Shown in pieces: positions 42,317 to 56,949 of a DNA stretch of 64,000 nt. Position 1 is the first letter of the stretch. Each line of letters opens with the position of its first letter. The notes beneath the pieces are model-generated. The model searched no databases, had not been told where the DNA came from, and saw only the letters and a program-made list of their open reading frames with translations. Origin of the DNA: Utricularia gibba (lineage: Eukaryota > Plantae > Magnoliophyta); contig NEEC01000025.1 in assembly GCA_002189035.1 (NCBI GenBank), positions 1 through 64,000 of the forward strand, in the 5' to 3' direction. The position numbers and the translations under genes were made by a program.

Positions 42317-42340
42317 ATGAATTGGGCCAGCCCAATTCAT
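42317..42340. promoter_or_regulatory. Perfect 11-bp inverted repeat built from two site II (TGGGCY) motifs
   Basis: ATGAATTGGGC-CA-GCCCAATTCAT, ~600 bp upstream of the bZIP start. Confidence 0.5.
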
Positions 42341-42500
42341 CCAGCCCACGATAGAAAAGGTTCCACAGGAACCACATGCATATTCATGGAGGTTTCTGCA
42401 GGCTTTGAATTACGTAGCATTGAACTTAAAAAGCACAAGTCATGGCATGAAACATATTGGCATTCAGAGATGCACGTAAAAGGGTAATAAACTGAAGAAC

Positions 42501-44343
42501 TTACCTGATCAGAACGCCAGAGCTGTTGGTTGGTTTCTTGATGAAAGAGTGGGTACTGCGGAGGTCTGCGTAGGCGGTTTTGAAGTAATCGAGTGAGAAG
42601 CTAAGCTGCCTTATGGCCTCCCTTTTTCCCTCTGCAGTATCAGCGATCATGGCTGCTTGATTCGCAACCTCGTTCTCCAGATCATTGATTTTGGAGTTGA
42701 GTTCCCCTGTTAATCTCTTGGCCTGATCGCGTTCTGCAGCTAGGTTCAGGTTTTCGCTCTGCAGCTCTGCTAGATTGTTCTTCAGGGCCTGAAGGTGTTC
42801 TTGGTGGAAAAGGAGATCATTGCGGAGTTCCTTGAGAATCGCATCAAGGGTGTCTTTCTCCATCTCCAGCATGTAGTGGTCGAGCTTCAAATGATGGAGG
42901 TTTTCATTCAAGTTGTGGAGTAGAGTGGTCTTTGTTTGGAGTTCTTCCTTTAGACTCTCGATTTCTTCACCCCAACTCTTCTTCATCGCTGCATGATTTG
43001 TTTCTTCTTCAAGTTTCTCGGTTTCATATTTCATGATTGTGGCTGCTAGAAACTCGCATTGACTGTGCAGTTTCTGTCCTGTCAGCTCTTGGCAGTTGAC
43101 CTGTTCTGATAAGGCGGCAACAGATGCTTCCAGCTGCCATTTTTCTATTGCAAAGTTTCCTAATGCATCTTGAAGTTCAGCTTTTGTTCTTTGCAGCTCA
43201 GAAACACGCTCTAAGACATCTGATTCGAGTTTTAATTTGCGTTCTTCCATCTTCACAAATCTATTCTTCTCAGATTCCATGTTGGCTTCAAGATCAACAA
43301 TTTTCATTTGGAGCTTCATGGATTTCACCTTCTCCTGTTCAAGTTCCTTCTCAAATCTTTGCTTCTCAGACTCCATGTTGGCTTCCAAATCAGCAACTTC
43401 CATTTGGAGCTCCATGGATTTCTTTTGCGCCTTTTCAAGTTCCTTCTCAAGTGCTTTCTTCTCAGACTCCATGATCGCTTCTAGATCAACAATTCTCGTA
43501 TGGAGGGTCATGGATTTCAAGTGCTCCTTTTCAAGTTCCTTCTCATGCAGCCTAACTGTGTTCTCGGATGTCACTAACCGAAGCTCTAGATCATCCATTT
43601 TCACCAATGAGGCTTCAGCTTCCTGAAGTTTACTCTTCAACTGGGCAATCTCATCTTCTGCAACCTGATTTTTTTCTTCATAGCCCTTCAATTTCTCTTC
43701 ATAGTTGGAGCATTGTTTCAGCAGCATTTCATGTTCCCCTGTTTGACTTCCTCCGCCAGCTTTTTTAGGAAGGAAAGGGCTTGATAGCACCGTAGGCGAC
43801 GAGTTGCAAGACTCCGAGTCAGAATCATACGACGCTACTGAATATTCAGAATCTTCATTTGGAGCTGCTCTTCCACTACCGGCACTTGCAGATGCATCAG
43901 AAGAGGTTCCTTGATCTATTGGTTGGAAACCAGGATTCTTGTGTTTTTCGTGTTCACTACTCAATTGGTTCCACCCACCTAAGTCCCCTGCAGTCATCTG
44001 CTGATAGTAGTTAGCCAATTCATTGCTCCTATTGGACATCTCCTTAACACGATCAATCAACTCAAGTAGCTTCAGCGGCTTCCGATGCTTCGGATACTTC
44101 TTATCCATGCTCCCCAATTGAAACTCAGCGTCGTGCTCAAGTAGGGTAAGCAACTCCTTGAGACTCTGATCAATGGCTGCAACAAGAAGATTCAAGTTTC
44201 AATCTCATTCATACAAGCGCTAATCTCAAAACATCAAGATCTTCACCAGTGACATTTTCCAGCAGCCACTCCGAGCTACCCAGGCAAATCCTGCCAATTC
44301 CTTGTAACGGATTCAGATTCAGGTCTCTCACCTCGTGCTCCAT
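42501..44343 (-). CDS. NETWORKED 4-like coiled-coil protein with degenerate NAB domain
   Basis: Short exon 1 (MEHEV..SSEWLLENVT) spliced to AIDQSLKELLTLLE; Ser-rich linker; long coiled coil; NET4-type C-terminal AEGKREAIRQLSFSLDYFK. The exact 3' end may involve a further intron. Confidence 0.78.
43255..43545 (-). repeat. Three in-frame 96-nt (32-aa) tandem repeats in the NET4-like coding sequence
   Basis: TTCTCAGA(T/C)TCCATG recurs at 43267, 43363, 43459; protein units ELEK..KSM.L...VDLEA.MESEK..FEK. Confidence 0.9.
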
Positions 44344-45538
44344 TAGCGAATCTGCGAATCCACAATTCATTATCACAGCCAAAACAAGCACCAGGCACAA
44401 AAACAAATTAAGAACTAAAATCGCCTCAGCATGCAAGCAGATCCAGTGCAACAAAATCACGGTACCTCTGCGAACGAATTCAAACAAAACGGATCCAAAA
44501 AACAAGATATATGATCCAGAAACAAAACAAATACAATGTATCTCGCATCATAATCACTGACAACGGACAATTAACTCAAAAACAAAGGAATACGACAAAA
44601 TATTCAGAAACCAGCTGTCCGATCTCGTTACGAAGAAGATTCACCTGAATGCGGACGAGAAGCAAGCGGCATGAAGATGAAGAGCCAAATTATTGAAGAA
44701 AAAGAGAGCAGAGAAAAAAGAGCTAAAGGATGAACGAAACGAACGAAAACTCAAGTCACACCACAGAAAAAGAGATGTCCTCACGCTCCTCAACAGCCAT
44801 CTTTCCCGCCTTTGAATTTCGAAAATTCGGATTTTTAATTTTCCTCATTTTTAAATAAACCAACCGAAGAATTATAAAAAGGAAATTCAAAATCCAAAAT
44901 ATGTTCATATTTTGCCTTTAAATTAATTTTAATAATTAGTATTTTGATGGGATAAATCTCGAATTTATAATTTCCCAATGATTGTGTCCGCTTTTCCACC
45001 GGGAATTCCGGTGAACATTCCATACGGCACCGTTTTATTTTCAAGTGAATTTCTGGAATGAGAACAACATCAACGGTCCCTATTTTTTAGTGGAAAATCA
45101 ACGGACGCGATGTCGCCAGCTCGATCACATCACAGATGCACATGGGAGTGGCAGGAATGGACAAGCTTCAATGAGTCTCCACGGATGCGTTACAGTGTTT
45201 TATTTGAAATTGTGAAAAATAAAAAAAAAACCTTATTTTAAATTATAATTTCATGTAGATTAATTAATACCTAAAAAATGGTCATTTATGAAACCCTAGA
45301 CTTTAAAATTTTAAAAGAAAATATCTAGTAGTAATAAAACCTACTTGGTTTTGAGTATTAAAATATTAAATAATAATAATAAATTAGATTAATTGAAACT
45401 TCAAAGGACTCTTTGACAAGAGATATCCAAGTGTAGGGTGATCAGAAGGACAAGAGCTCTCGCCTCTCTCATTTTACTGCATCCCATCGCTGTTGTGATT
45501 TCGTCGGACGGCCGCCGCCGATCACAGTTGAAAGATCC

Positions 45539-46921
45539 ATGGAAGAGAGATCAACCACCGTAGCGGCCGAACCGGCGGCGAATATCGACACGCGATTCGT
45601 GCTGATCCACGGCGTCTGCCACGGGGCGTGGTGCTGGTACAAACTCCGGTGCCTAATGGAGAACTCCGGCTATAGGGTTACCTGCCTCGACCTCAAATCC
45701 GCTGGAATTAACCCAACCGCCGCTTCCTCTATCCTCTCGTTCGACGACTACAATTCACCACTCATCGAATTCCTCGCCGCTCTCCCCGACGGCGAGCAGG
45801 TAGGAGAGACGGCGAAATTGATGCTCTGTTTTTTTGTTCTGTTCTTTCATGACGGCGGCTTCACGCAGGTGATCCTGGTAGGGCACAGCGCCGGGGGTCT
45901 CAGCCTGAGCCACGCGATCCATCGGTTTGGTAGGAAGAAGATCAAGCTTGCGGTGTTTGTGGCGGCCACGATGCTCAGATCGGGCTTCCAGTCCGACGAT
46001 GACTCCAAAATCGTAAGATCCTTCGCATCTACTTCTTCACTAACTGCGCAAATCACGCATCAATCTATGTGATCCGAAATCGGGTCGACGGTTAGGTAAT
46101 TATTTGAACAGCTCAATAAAAAAAAATGGTCCGGTCTAGGTAAGACGCACGTGTTTCCTGTTATATTATTTAATATTTTCCAAACTTATTATAAATATTT
46201 TTAAATTAATTAATTAAAATATTTCGGTCTGAATCAGGGCGGAATGGATGAGGATAGGGTTCTTGCTTTGTCCTTACGGAAAGAAAACAAATAGAAGACG
46301 GCAAGTGAATATTTAGTATATTTAACTGATTTTAATAAAATAAAATTGAGTTTTTATAATTTTTAAAAATAAGGAAAATATAATTTTAAAATAGTTTGTA
46401 TTAAAAAATGAATTTAATTAATTGTTTCTGTATGGCGAGCAGGGAGCTCCGGACTTGTCTGAGTTCGGACAGTTCAACGAAGTGTACGATGTAGAGTACG
46501 GATCGGAGGGCGGCGGAACTCCGATCACCTGTTTCGTGAACCAGAGATTCCAACGTCAAGTCTTCTACACTCTGTCCCCTCAGGAGGTGACGGAATCAGA
46601 TTTTCCGATCGGTTGCGGATTCATATTCTGATGGGAATGCTTGCAGGATTCGACTCTGGCGTCGATGCTGCTGAGGCCGGCGCCGTTTCTGCCGCTAAGC
46701 GGAGCTCGATTCATGGAGACGGCGGAGGGGAGGAGGTTCCCAGGGTGTATCTGAAGACGACCAAGGACAGGGCGCTGAAGCCGGAGCAACAGGAGGCGAT
46801 GATCAAGAAGTGGCCGCCGTTGGATGTTTACACCTTGGAGACCGATCACAGCCCCTTCTTCTCCACGCCGGACGCCATCTTCCATCTCCTCGTCAAGGCC
46901 GCTACGAATTTCGCTACCTGA
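45539..46921 (+). CDS. Methylesterase, MES17/MES18-like alpha/beta hydrolase; 4 exons; apparent -1 frameshift at GGGG 46727-46730
   Basis: FVLIHGVCHGAWCWYK, nucleophile motif LVGHSAGG, VPRVYLKTTKDRALKPEQQEAMIKKWPP, ETDHSPFFS. Confidence 0.92.
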
Positions 46922-47558
46922 TTGACTAATATTTAAATTATAGAAAATTCAATAATAATAATATATTTATCTTGGTTTATGAATTTTTTAAAATAAGACA
47001 TTCAAAATAAATTTTTATTTTATTTTTTTAGATAATTAAAAGTTGGAAATTTAAAATAATATTCTCAATATTTCAAAATCGGTTTATTCGGTTAGGAGGG
47101 AGAGGAGAAAGAATTATCCCATGTGTTGTAAGAGAGGCCAAATACGGAATGTGTTTCAGATTTCTTGGGGATTCTATGACATGCGGCTACGCGAGCCTGT
47201 TTCCTTTCCTTCATTCTTTCTCCCTGTGACCCTCTATCGTCCTCTTTCTTTTGGCGCTTCCCAGGTTTGTTTTCTCTCATGCATCTCTGTTCTTTCTTGA
47301 TGATCACTGTTTTTCGCGCCTGATTGCTTTTCGTTGTTCTGATTGCAGAGCGGTTCATGAATTCGAAACCTGTTGCTTCAGCTGCTGTTTCCTGTTCTTC
47401 AGGGAACAAAAAGGAGTTAACTTGTTTGATTCTCTGCGTCTTCTTCCCAAGATTCTTTGGAATCCAGTTTTTCTTCGTTGATTTCCTTCTCTTCAGGCCT
47501 CTGATTAGGTGCCCTCCATTAATTTAGACTAGATTATTCCCTTTGAGGATTGCGAATC

Positions 47559-49054
<1,496 letters not shown>

Positions 49055-49233
49055 GAAGTACTGAATTTACTGACTTTCATGGCAACAGTTTGTAGTTTAA
49101 CAAGTTAAGAAATGCTTGAAAGCTGATAGAAATGAAAGGAAGTGCTACACTGCTACAAGCCAGACAGAGAATTCAGATGCTTTCCCTGTTGTTTTCCTGA
49201 CTTGAACCAATAATCTAACAAAGCAAGCATCAT

Positions 49234-51211
49234 TCATGGAGTTGGTGCATTTGAATCCTTGGAAACGTTGTCGGATGAGAGCCGGTATTCATGATCGGAA
49301 GGCCGAATCTCCTCGATCATCCGAACAACTTGGACCATGGTTGGTCTCATCTCAGGCAACTTAGCAACGCAGGAAAGAGCAATCTGCAGCATCTGAACAA
49401 GTTCTTCTTCGATGTTCTTAAGCTTCAAGAGTTCCTCGTCGAAAACCTCGGCTGTCCACTCCTCCCGAACCACAGAGCGCACCCATCTCGGCAGATCAAC
49501 CATGTCGTTGTGCCCGGAGCACTGCAAGGGTGATTTTCCAGTAAGCATCTCTAACAACAGCACCCCAAAGCTGTAGATATCTGACTTTTGGCTGATTGTC
49601 TGAGTTTCTATGGTTTCCGGAGCTCTGTATCCCACTACTCGATGTGCTATGGATATGTAGCTTGTCATACAGCGCAGTCCGAAATCCGAAACACAGCAGT
49701 CATCTGAATTCCCTGTAAGGATTATGTTTGATGACTTGATGTTCCCATGAACGTACTTGCCACCATCTTGGGAGTGAATGTGAGCAAGTCCCTTTGCTGC
49801 TCCAAGGGAAACGTTTAGCCTTGAGTCCCATTGAAAAAGAGCTCTCTCTGTACTCCTGTTTCCTGTTTCACCATATACAAAACCACTGTTACATACAGGT
49901 GTGTCTGCACTGCACAACAGAAGGAGATTACATACCATGTAAAGCAGTATGCAAGCTTCCACAGGGCATGTAAGGATACACAAGAAGCTTCTCATCCTTG
50001 GAGAAATAGTAAGCAAGCAATGGAAGAAGATTGGGATGCTTCCCATGTCTGTTCACAATCTCCATCTGCTGTTCAAATTCCCTTCTTCCGATTCGCAGAT
50101 CCTTGAGACGTTTAACGACGACGACCGTTGCTTCATCCAGAATAGCTTTGTAAGCAGTTCCATAGCTCCCCTTCCCTAGAATCTCAGCAGATGCTCTCAG
50201 CATGTCTTCTAGATCAAAGTTCAATGAACATCTTTCAAAGAACACAAGCTTGTTCTTCTCTACTGGTTGCCCTGCAGTTTCGAAATCAGTTGCCTTCTTC
50301 AAGTTCTCATCCTTATCAGCATTGGGAGCCTTAGCTACGATCAAGGTTGTGTTCAAGCTCTCTCTCCTTTTGAGGTAGCAGAAAGCAATTGCCAATAGAG
50401 CAAAAGTCAGAAAAGAAGCACCCCCGATCGCCATGGCAATGATGGCTCCTGAGCTGTACTTTGCTGCTGGTTTATGGCCTCCATGAATTGAAGAAGAGCT
50501 GCTTTGTGAGGTGGGTGCTAAATTTGAGCAGATATCCAGAGGAGGACCACACAAATGATCATTTCCGATAAACGAAGAAACTGGGAACTTTCCAAGGGAG
50601 GTGGGGATTGATCCACTAAACAGGTTATGACTCAGGTTCAGAACATCGAGTTTAGGAAGATTGAAATCTGGGATTCGTCCAGAAAACGAGTTGAACTGAA
50701 GGTTCAACACTGATAGCCTCTTCAAGTTACTCAACGCCAGTGGAATCTCCCCACTAAAAGAGTTGGATGATAGATCGATCACGCTGAGCCGGGAGGAGAG
50801 ATTGGAAGGAATGCTACCGGAAAAATTGTTGTTTTGCAGGAAAACAGATTGAAGAGAAGGGATGGAGAGTATGTCATGAGGAAGATCACCTCTTAAAAGG
50901 TTGGCCCTTAAACTGAGAACTTGAAGGGCATCAAGTTTACCAAGAGTGTTCTCAGGGATGTAACCAGAAAGTCCAACACCAGGAAGATGAATCCCCACAA
51001 CTCTAGCTCCATCATCACTGCAAGTAATGCCGATCCAGGAAGTGCATATTGAGTGGTTAGATTGCCAATTGAGCTTCCGACCATGTGGAACAGTAGCGGC
51101 GAAGCTGAGAAGAGCCGAGACATCGGAGCTAAGATCGGCTCTGGCATACCGGAAATTCAGTACCAGCAGAAGAAGATATCTCATTGTTGAGCACTTCAGC
51201 AGAAGCTGCAT
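49234..51211 (-). CDS. LRR-III receptor-like kinase (At5g58300-like, probably atypical/inactive kinase); 2 exons
   Basis: Signal peptide, DLSSDVSALLSF..WQSNHSICTSWIGITC, LRRs, TM segment, FDLEDMLRASAEILGKGSYGTAYKA, HGNIKSSN, SDFGL, GYRAPE, WVRSVVREEWTAEVFD. Confidence 0.95.
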
Positions 51212-52686
51212 TTTGGAGACCCTCTGAGATTGAAGCTGATCTTCAACTTGAAGTTCTGTTTAAGAAGTATGTAGCAGGGGAAGTGAGAGCGTGACAAGAA
51301 AAAGCAAATGAGCCTAGTAAAAGATGGACAATCAGCGAGCACTTGCATCTTCCTTTGAGCAAATCAGTAAGAAATCAAATGTAAATGATAATCTGGTCAA
51401 AAAAAAAAAACAGCAAAGTTTTCCAAATTTCTTTGTACCAACCTTACAAAAAAAAAAAAAAAAAAAAAAATTCTGCAACACACCAGGCGTGCAAGAATCT
51501 TCAGAATTTGAAGGTGAATAAAAACAGGCCACTAGACGAAGAACACGATTTCAAAAGGCTGAAAAAGGAAAAGCGAAGACTACTTTTATTGGTGTAAAAG
51601 AGGATCAAACTTCAAAAAATTAACGAATACACAGAACGTTCATTGTGGATTCAAAGCTGGAAAAGCAATGCATTAGTAGAGAGTCAGAGAAGCGAAAGCA
51701 AAGCCATTTTGTAAGCTGGACTTGGTCTGCCAATCCACAAACATTACCAAAAATCCCAACTTTTTCACACAATAACACTTCGTCAGGAAAATCGACACCC
51801 GAAATGAAAAAGAAGAACCAGTACCCAGATCAAAACATGAAGAATCTATGAGACGTTTGCAGACTCATCATGTTCTTAAAAAGGGGTGCATTACTCATAA
51901 TGCCCAGAATTTGAAATCCAACGGGAAGAAAGAACGAGGGTGTTTAAAGGGTGTGTCATTAATGGATCAATAAACCGCCATGGAGTGAGTGAGAGCGTGA
52001 GCTGGAAAAAGATTCGTCGGCAACAAAGGTTAATTAATTGCATTTAATGTTCGAGAAACCAAACAAGAAGCAGACTGCTGTTGCTGCAACCAGGTGTTTT
52101 GCTTGTTACCTTCCATGGCCTCAAGTCAACAAACTGCATTACCATTTTCCTACAAAAGCAAGCCCACCATGATGCTTACTGCTCACGCGGTTGCCTAAAA
52201 TTACGCAGCCCTTTTGTCCATTTTAAATTCTCGTCCTACTGTAATTCGATTTCACCGTAATGAAAGTGGTAACCATTTCTCAGTGCAATTTTATCACCGA
52301 ACAACACCTTCACACGAGTTCCTCTTATCAGGTTAATAGGTCCGACCAAGGCAAATCCTTTCCTTTTTCACTTTACCCCTATCCCAGAGACATCTTTGTT
52401 CTTCACAGGATTGATCTGTTCGACGGCTGTCGGAAATTGTCTTCTTTTCCATCAATGCCTGCCGTCCCAGAGATGTCTACTGCAGTCGCTCCACCGTCTT
52501 ATTTTCCATCAATGCCTGCCGGCTTGCATGATGTGTACAGGCTTCCGAACTTGGCTTCCCCATCTCCTGTCTTCAACAATGGCGGCCTTGTGCCGTCGTC
52601 TTCCCCAACTTAACTCCGGCTGCGAGGTTGTTTTAATAATAAATACGCGACTACTGGGTCACTAGAGCTTGTGTTGATAAATAATT

Positions 52687-52921
52687 GGGCCCAATAACGG
52701 CCCATTAATCGATAATGTATTAAAATTTATCTCTAAAAAAAAAGAAAAAAGAATTAAATCCGTTTTTGACCAAATTGTCCCTACTTTCTCTCTCCTCCCC
52801 TGTCTTCGGGGGCGAACCTTCTCACCGGGGCATCGTCGTATCTGTGAATCCATTTAAATTCAACTTCTGCTTATGAAATCTATGGGCCCATTACTTATGG
52901 GCCTGGGCCAAATGGAGCCCA
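52687..52921. promoter_or_regulatory. Site II (TGGGCY) cluster upstream of TOC34
   Basis: Several GGCCCA/TGGGCC/AGCCCA motifs, including palindromic ATGGGCCCAT near 52882-52891. Confidence 0.5.
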
Positions 52922-53257
52922 ACTTGATTTTTATTATTAAATGAAATCAATTTATCTGAATATTAAAATTAGGACAGAGCATGAACGGCAGGGCCTGAGG
53001 AGAATTGAGAAAGGCAGGGTTTAGGAAGATAAGGTTTTTCTGTGAAGTGTAATTGCCCAGTTTTTACTGAAGCGGTTAGATTCGTGATCTATCTGGTATA
53101 TTTCGATTCATTCAATAGTTTCATTGTAGTGCTTTATTCTGTGATGGTAGTGTGTGGGTGCATCCGGTTTAATTCGCTGAGGTTGACAGGTTTTTGGGGT
53201 CTCAAAAAGTTTTTTTCTTCAATTGTTTCCAAAAATTGATTCGCAAGCAGAAACTCA

Positions 53258-54856
53258 ATGGCGGGGCAGCTCGTTAGAGAGTGGACTGCAATTCAGCAGT
53301 TTCCTGCCGCCACTCAGGAGAAACTAGTGGATTTGTTGGGGAAATTGAAGACCCAGGTATCAATTTCGCTGCTATTTCTAGTTATTACCACTAAGTATAC
53401 CATGCTTGCTCGATTATTTTGTCGTGTCGGGATCATCTGATTTTCACTACCAAGTGGAGAGTGCTGTGAAATTGTCCCATACTCTTTACGTGATGAAGTG
53501 TGGCAGGGTATTGTATTTACTGGTTGGTGATGATGCATTTCATTTTTCTATGCCGGTGTTTATTTCAGAATGTTAACACATTAACCGTCCTGGTTATGGG
53601 AAAAGGTGGTGTTGGGAAGTCATCCACTGTTAATTCTATTATTGGGGAACGGGTGGTCACTGTCAGTGCTTTCCAGGTTTGTGATTCAATGATTAAGCTT
53701 ATGCTCCAGCTTGGGCTATTTGTATTTATGTATCCGCGTGTCTTCAGTCAGAAACTCCAAGGCCAGTGATGGTGTCGCGGTCAAGAGCGGGTTTTACACT
53801 GAACATCATTGACACCCCTGGACTTGTTGAAGGAGGGTATGTTAGTGACCAGGTTCTAGAGACCATAAAAAGGTAGACTTTAGGTTCTAGAGACCCGCAT
53901 TGTCTTTGAAAGCCTTTACATTTGAAAGATGGTCCAGATACTCTCTGAGAAAGTGTGACGTATTTGCCTCAAGTACATGTTATATTTCTCTTGGCAGGTT
54001 CCTCTTAAACAAGACGATAGATGTTCTATTGTATGTAGATCGTTTGGATGCGTACAGAGTAGATAATTTGGACAAACAAGTAGTGAAAGCCATTACAGAT
54101 AGCTTTGGAAAAGAAATATGGCATAAAGCTACAGTTGTATTGACGCATGCTCAGCTGTCACCACCGGATGCTTTGAGTTATGACGAGTTCTTCACTAAAA
54201 GGTCGGAGTCTCTTCTGAAATGTGTCCGACAAGGTGCTCGCATTCATAGAAGGGATGCTGAGGTATTTATGCTTCCTTATCGTGCGTTCCATATTTTTTA
54301 AAACTTTTCCAAGGCAAGATCATGTAAGTTGCCACTTCCTTTTGTCTGTGTCTAACTCGTGCTCGTACCAGAAATATGCCATTCAAGTTGCTCTAGTCGA
54401 GAACAGCGGGAGATGCAACAAGAATGAAAATGATGAAAAGGTTCATTTGATTTCCTTGCCATTAAAAAATGTATGACCCTTTTCTACCAAGAAGCTTTCA
54501 ATGTCCTCCAAACTTGCAGATTCTTCCCTCTGGAATTCCTTGGATCCCAAATTTGGTGGGCACAATCACTGACATTGCCCTGAATGGAAAAGCGGGCATT
54601 CTTGTTGACAAGAAGTTGATCGAAGGACCCAATTCTGATGAAAGGGGAAAAATGTTCATCCCACTCATCCTGGCATTCCAAGTGAGTTTCCATGTTCCTT
54701 TTCTCACCCAATTGAAAACGGAAAAGCCTGTTAATAGAACATCATCTCACAGGTTATATTCTCATCCTTTTTTTGCAGTATTTCTTCATTGTCAAACCTA
54801 TCGAGAGGTTTATCAAAGAAGATATCTCGAGAGAAAGTTCGTTCGACTGGGACTAA
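53258..54856 (+). CDS. TOC34: Translocon at the outer chloroplast membrane 34, GTPase
   Basis: REWTAIQQFPAATQEKL, LVMGKGGVGKSSTVNSIIGER, IIDTPGLVEGG, IDVLLYVDRLDAYRVDNLD, VENSGRC, EGPNSDERGKMFIPLILAFQ|YFFIVKPI. Confidence 0.96.
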
Positions 54857-55215
54857 CTGGAATCTGGCTCTTGTTTTTCTGATGTTTTCGTTTGATTTTG
54901 AGTTTTCATGTGTTGACTTGCAATTTTCATGTCCGGATCATTCCATCCCTCGGCTCTCTGTTCCTTCTTTAAAGCTTTACTGTGTTGCTTCTGCAAACTC
55001 ATATCACCGTGTTGTTCTATAATCATTATTATTGGAGGTGAAGCAGGGGAACGATTGATTCACATGCTTTGATTGTAAGGCAAAACTAGGTCTACCAAAC
55101 AAGCCTTGAAGCTTTCTCTTCCCTTAAAGCAAGCATATGATCATCAAGATGGGTTTATAAAACCCTCTCCCCCTCTTCATCATCCTCCTCAGGACCTCAT
55201 CCCTTCACTAACGAC

Positions 55216-56539
55216 ATGGCACTCTGCTCACACTTGCTGGTATCAGGTTTCCTGTTCCTTGTGTCTGTAGGTGCCTCGGCTCGAGATTTTTCGATCGTGG
55301 GCTACTCCCCTGATGACTTGACCTGCATCGACAAGCTCATCAACCTGTTCGAGTCGTGGATCGACAAGCACGGGAAGAAGTACGCGACCATCGAAGAGAA
55401 ACTGCGCAGGTTTGAACTCTTCAGAGATAACCTGAAGCACATTGATGAGAGGAATAAGGCGATCACCAACTACTGGCTTGGGATCAACGAGTTTGCTGAC
55501 ATGAGCCATGACGAGTTCAAGGGTAAGTACCTGGGACTGAAGGTTGGCTCACCTCGAGAGAATGCCTTTTCGAAGGAGTTCAAATACAGGGGGCACGACC
55601 CCTTGCCGAAATCAGTGGACTGGAGGAAGAAGGGAGCTGTTACTCGAGTCAAGAACCAAGGATCATGCGGTATGCATCTGCAGTTCATTTAGATTTGTGT
55701 GGTTCTCGTCTTACGAGTCTGGCTTATGAACAATTGAGCATGTGGGCAATGCAGGGAGTTGCTGGGCTTTCTCGACGGTGGCTGCAGTGGAGGGCATAAA
55801 CCAGATAGTGACCGGGAACCTTACGGAGCTGTCGGAGCAAGAGTTGATCGACTGCGACACGATTCACAACAACGGGTGCAATGGAGGCCTCATGGACTAC
55901 GCCTTCTCCTTCATCGTCGAGAACGGCGGGCTCCGAAAGGAGGACGACTACCCCTACCTCATGGAAGAAGGAACCTGCCAAGAAACCAAGGTGATGATGC
56001 TGTCATTTACGAATCATAGTGGCGTTTAGTGCTTGATCTCTGTACGTATTCCAATCTCAGGCCGAGATGATCGGAGCCACCATCAGCGGATACCATGATG
56101 TTCCGACCAATGATGAGCAAAGCCTGCTACAAGCGTTAGCTCACCAGCCTGTCAGCGTGGCCATCGAAGCTTCCGACCGCGATTTTCAGTTCTACAGCGG
56201 GGTAAGGTTTCTTCATCCTACTCAACCAGGGTCACTGGACAAGAAAGGGGCATCCACACACTGTTCGAATGCTTTGTGTCGCTAACCGAGATTTTTCTAC
56301 TACCTACGGATGTTGGGTTGCAGGGTGTTTACGATGGGCGTTGCGGGAGCGATGTTGATCATGGAGTCGCGGCGGTGGGATACGGATCTACCAGGGGAGT
56401 GGACTACATAATTGTGAAGAACTCATGGGGTGAGAAATGGGGAGAAAATGGATACATCAGGATGAAAAGAAATACAGGAAAGCCTCAAGGACTCTGTGGC
56501 ATCAACAAAATCGCATCTTTTCCTGAAAAAACCATGTAG
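55216..56539 (+). CDS. XCP1: Papain-like xylem cysteine peptidase (XCP1/XCP2-like); 4 exons
   Basis: [19 protein letters not shown]-type prodomain, [40 protein letters not shown]; catalytic C/H/N intact. XCP1 versus XCP2 is not resolved. Confidence 0.93.
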
Positions 56540-56949
56540 CTGATGCTTTAATATATCCTTTTTCAAATATGTACCGTTTTCGATTGTATTCTTGTTGTAG
56601 TTCACATTTTGTCTGAATTTAGCTCTCGATCAAGAAATGGGGGCACCATAACATCATTCAATGTAGCCTTGGAAACCGCTCTAATCCTGTCTAAACTCAC
56701 TTCCCTTTTTCACTCGCTTACTAGACACTGCGATTCCATTATATGGATAGGCTCAGTCTGGTGCACATCCTGTAGATCCATTCTGGCTGTTGCATTCCTT
56801 GTTGAAGTGGGAATGGATCAACCACACTAGATTCTTTTTCATGTGTATATATTAGGAGAGCACACACACAAGATCAAAAAATGATGATTCAAAGTAGCAC
56901 TCACTCACATCAAATGCCTACGGGCTGGATGTTACAAGACCTTTTGGAA

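Noticed and set aside
51409-51470. Long A runs (also near 6630 and T run 61590-61612) as retroposon tails
   Set aside because: No adjacent SINE/LINE body or target-site duplication; these are ordinary intronic or UTR homopolymers.
56553-56561. ATATCCTTT, U12-type 5' splice site
   Set aside because: It lies in an AT-rich 3' UTR with no U12 branch point (TCCTTAAC) or matching AC/AG acceptor nearby.
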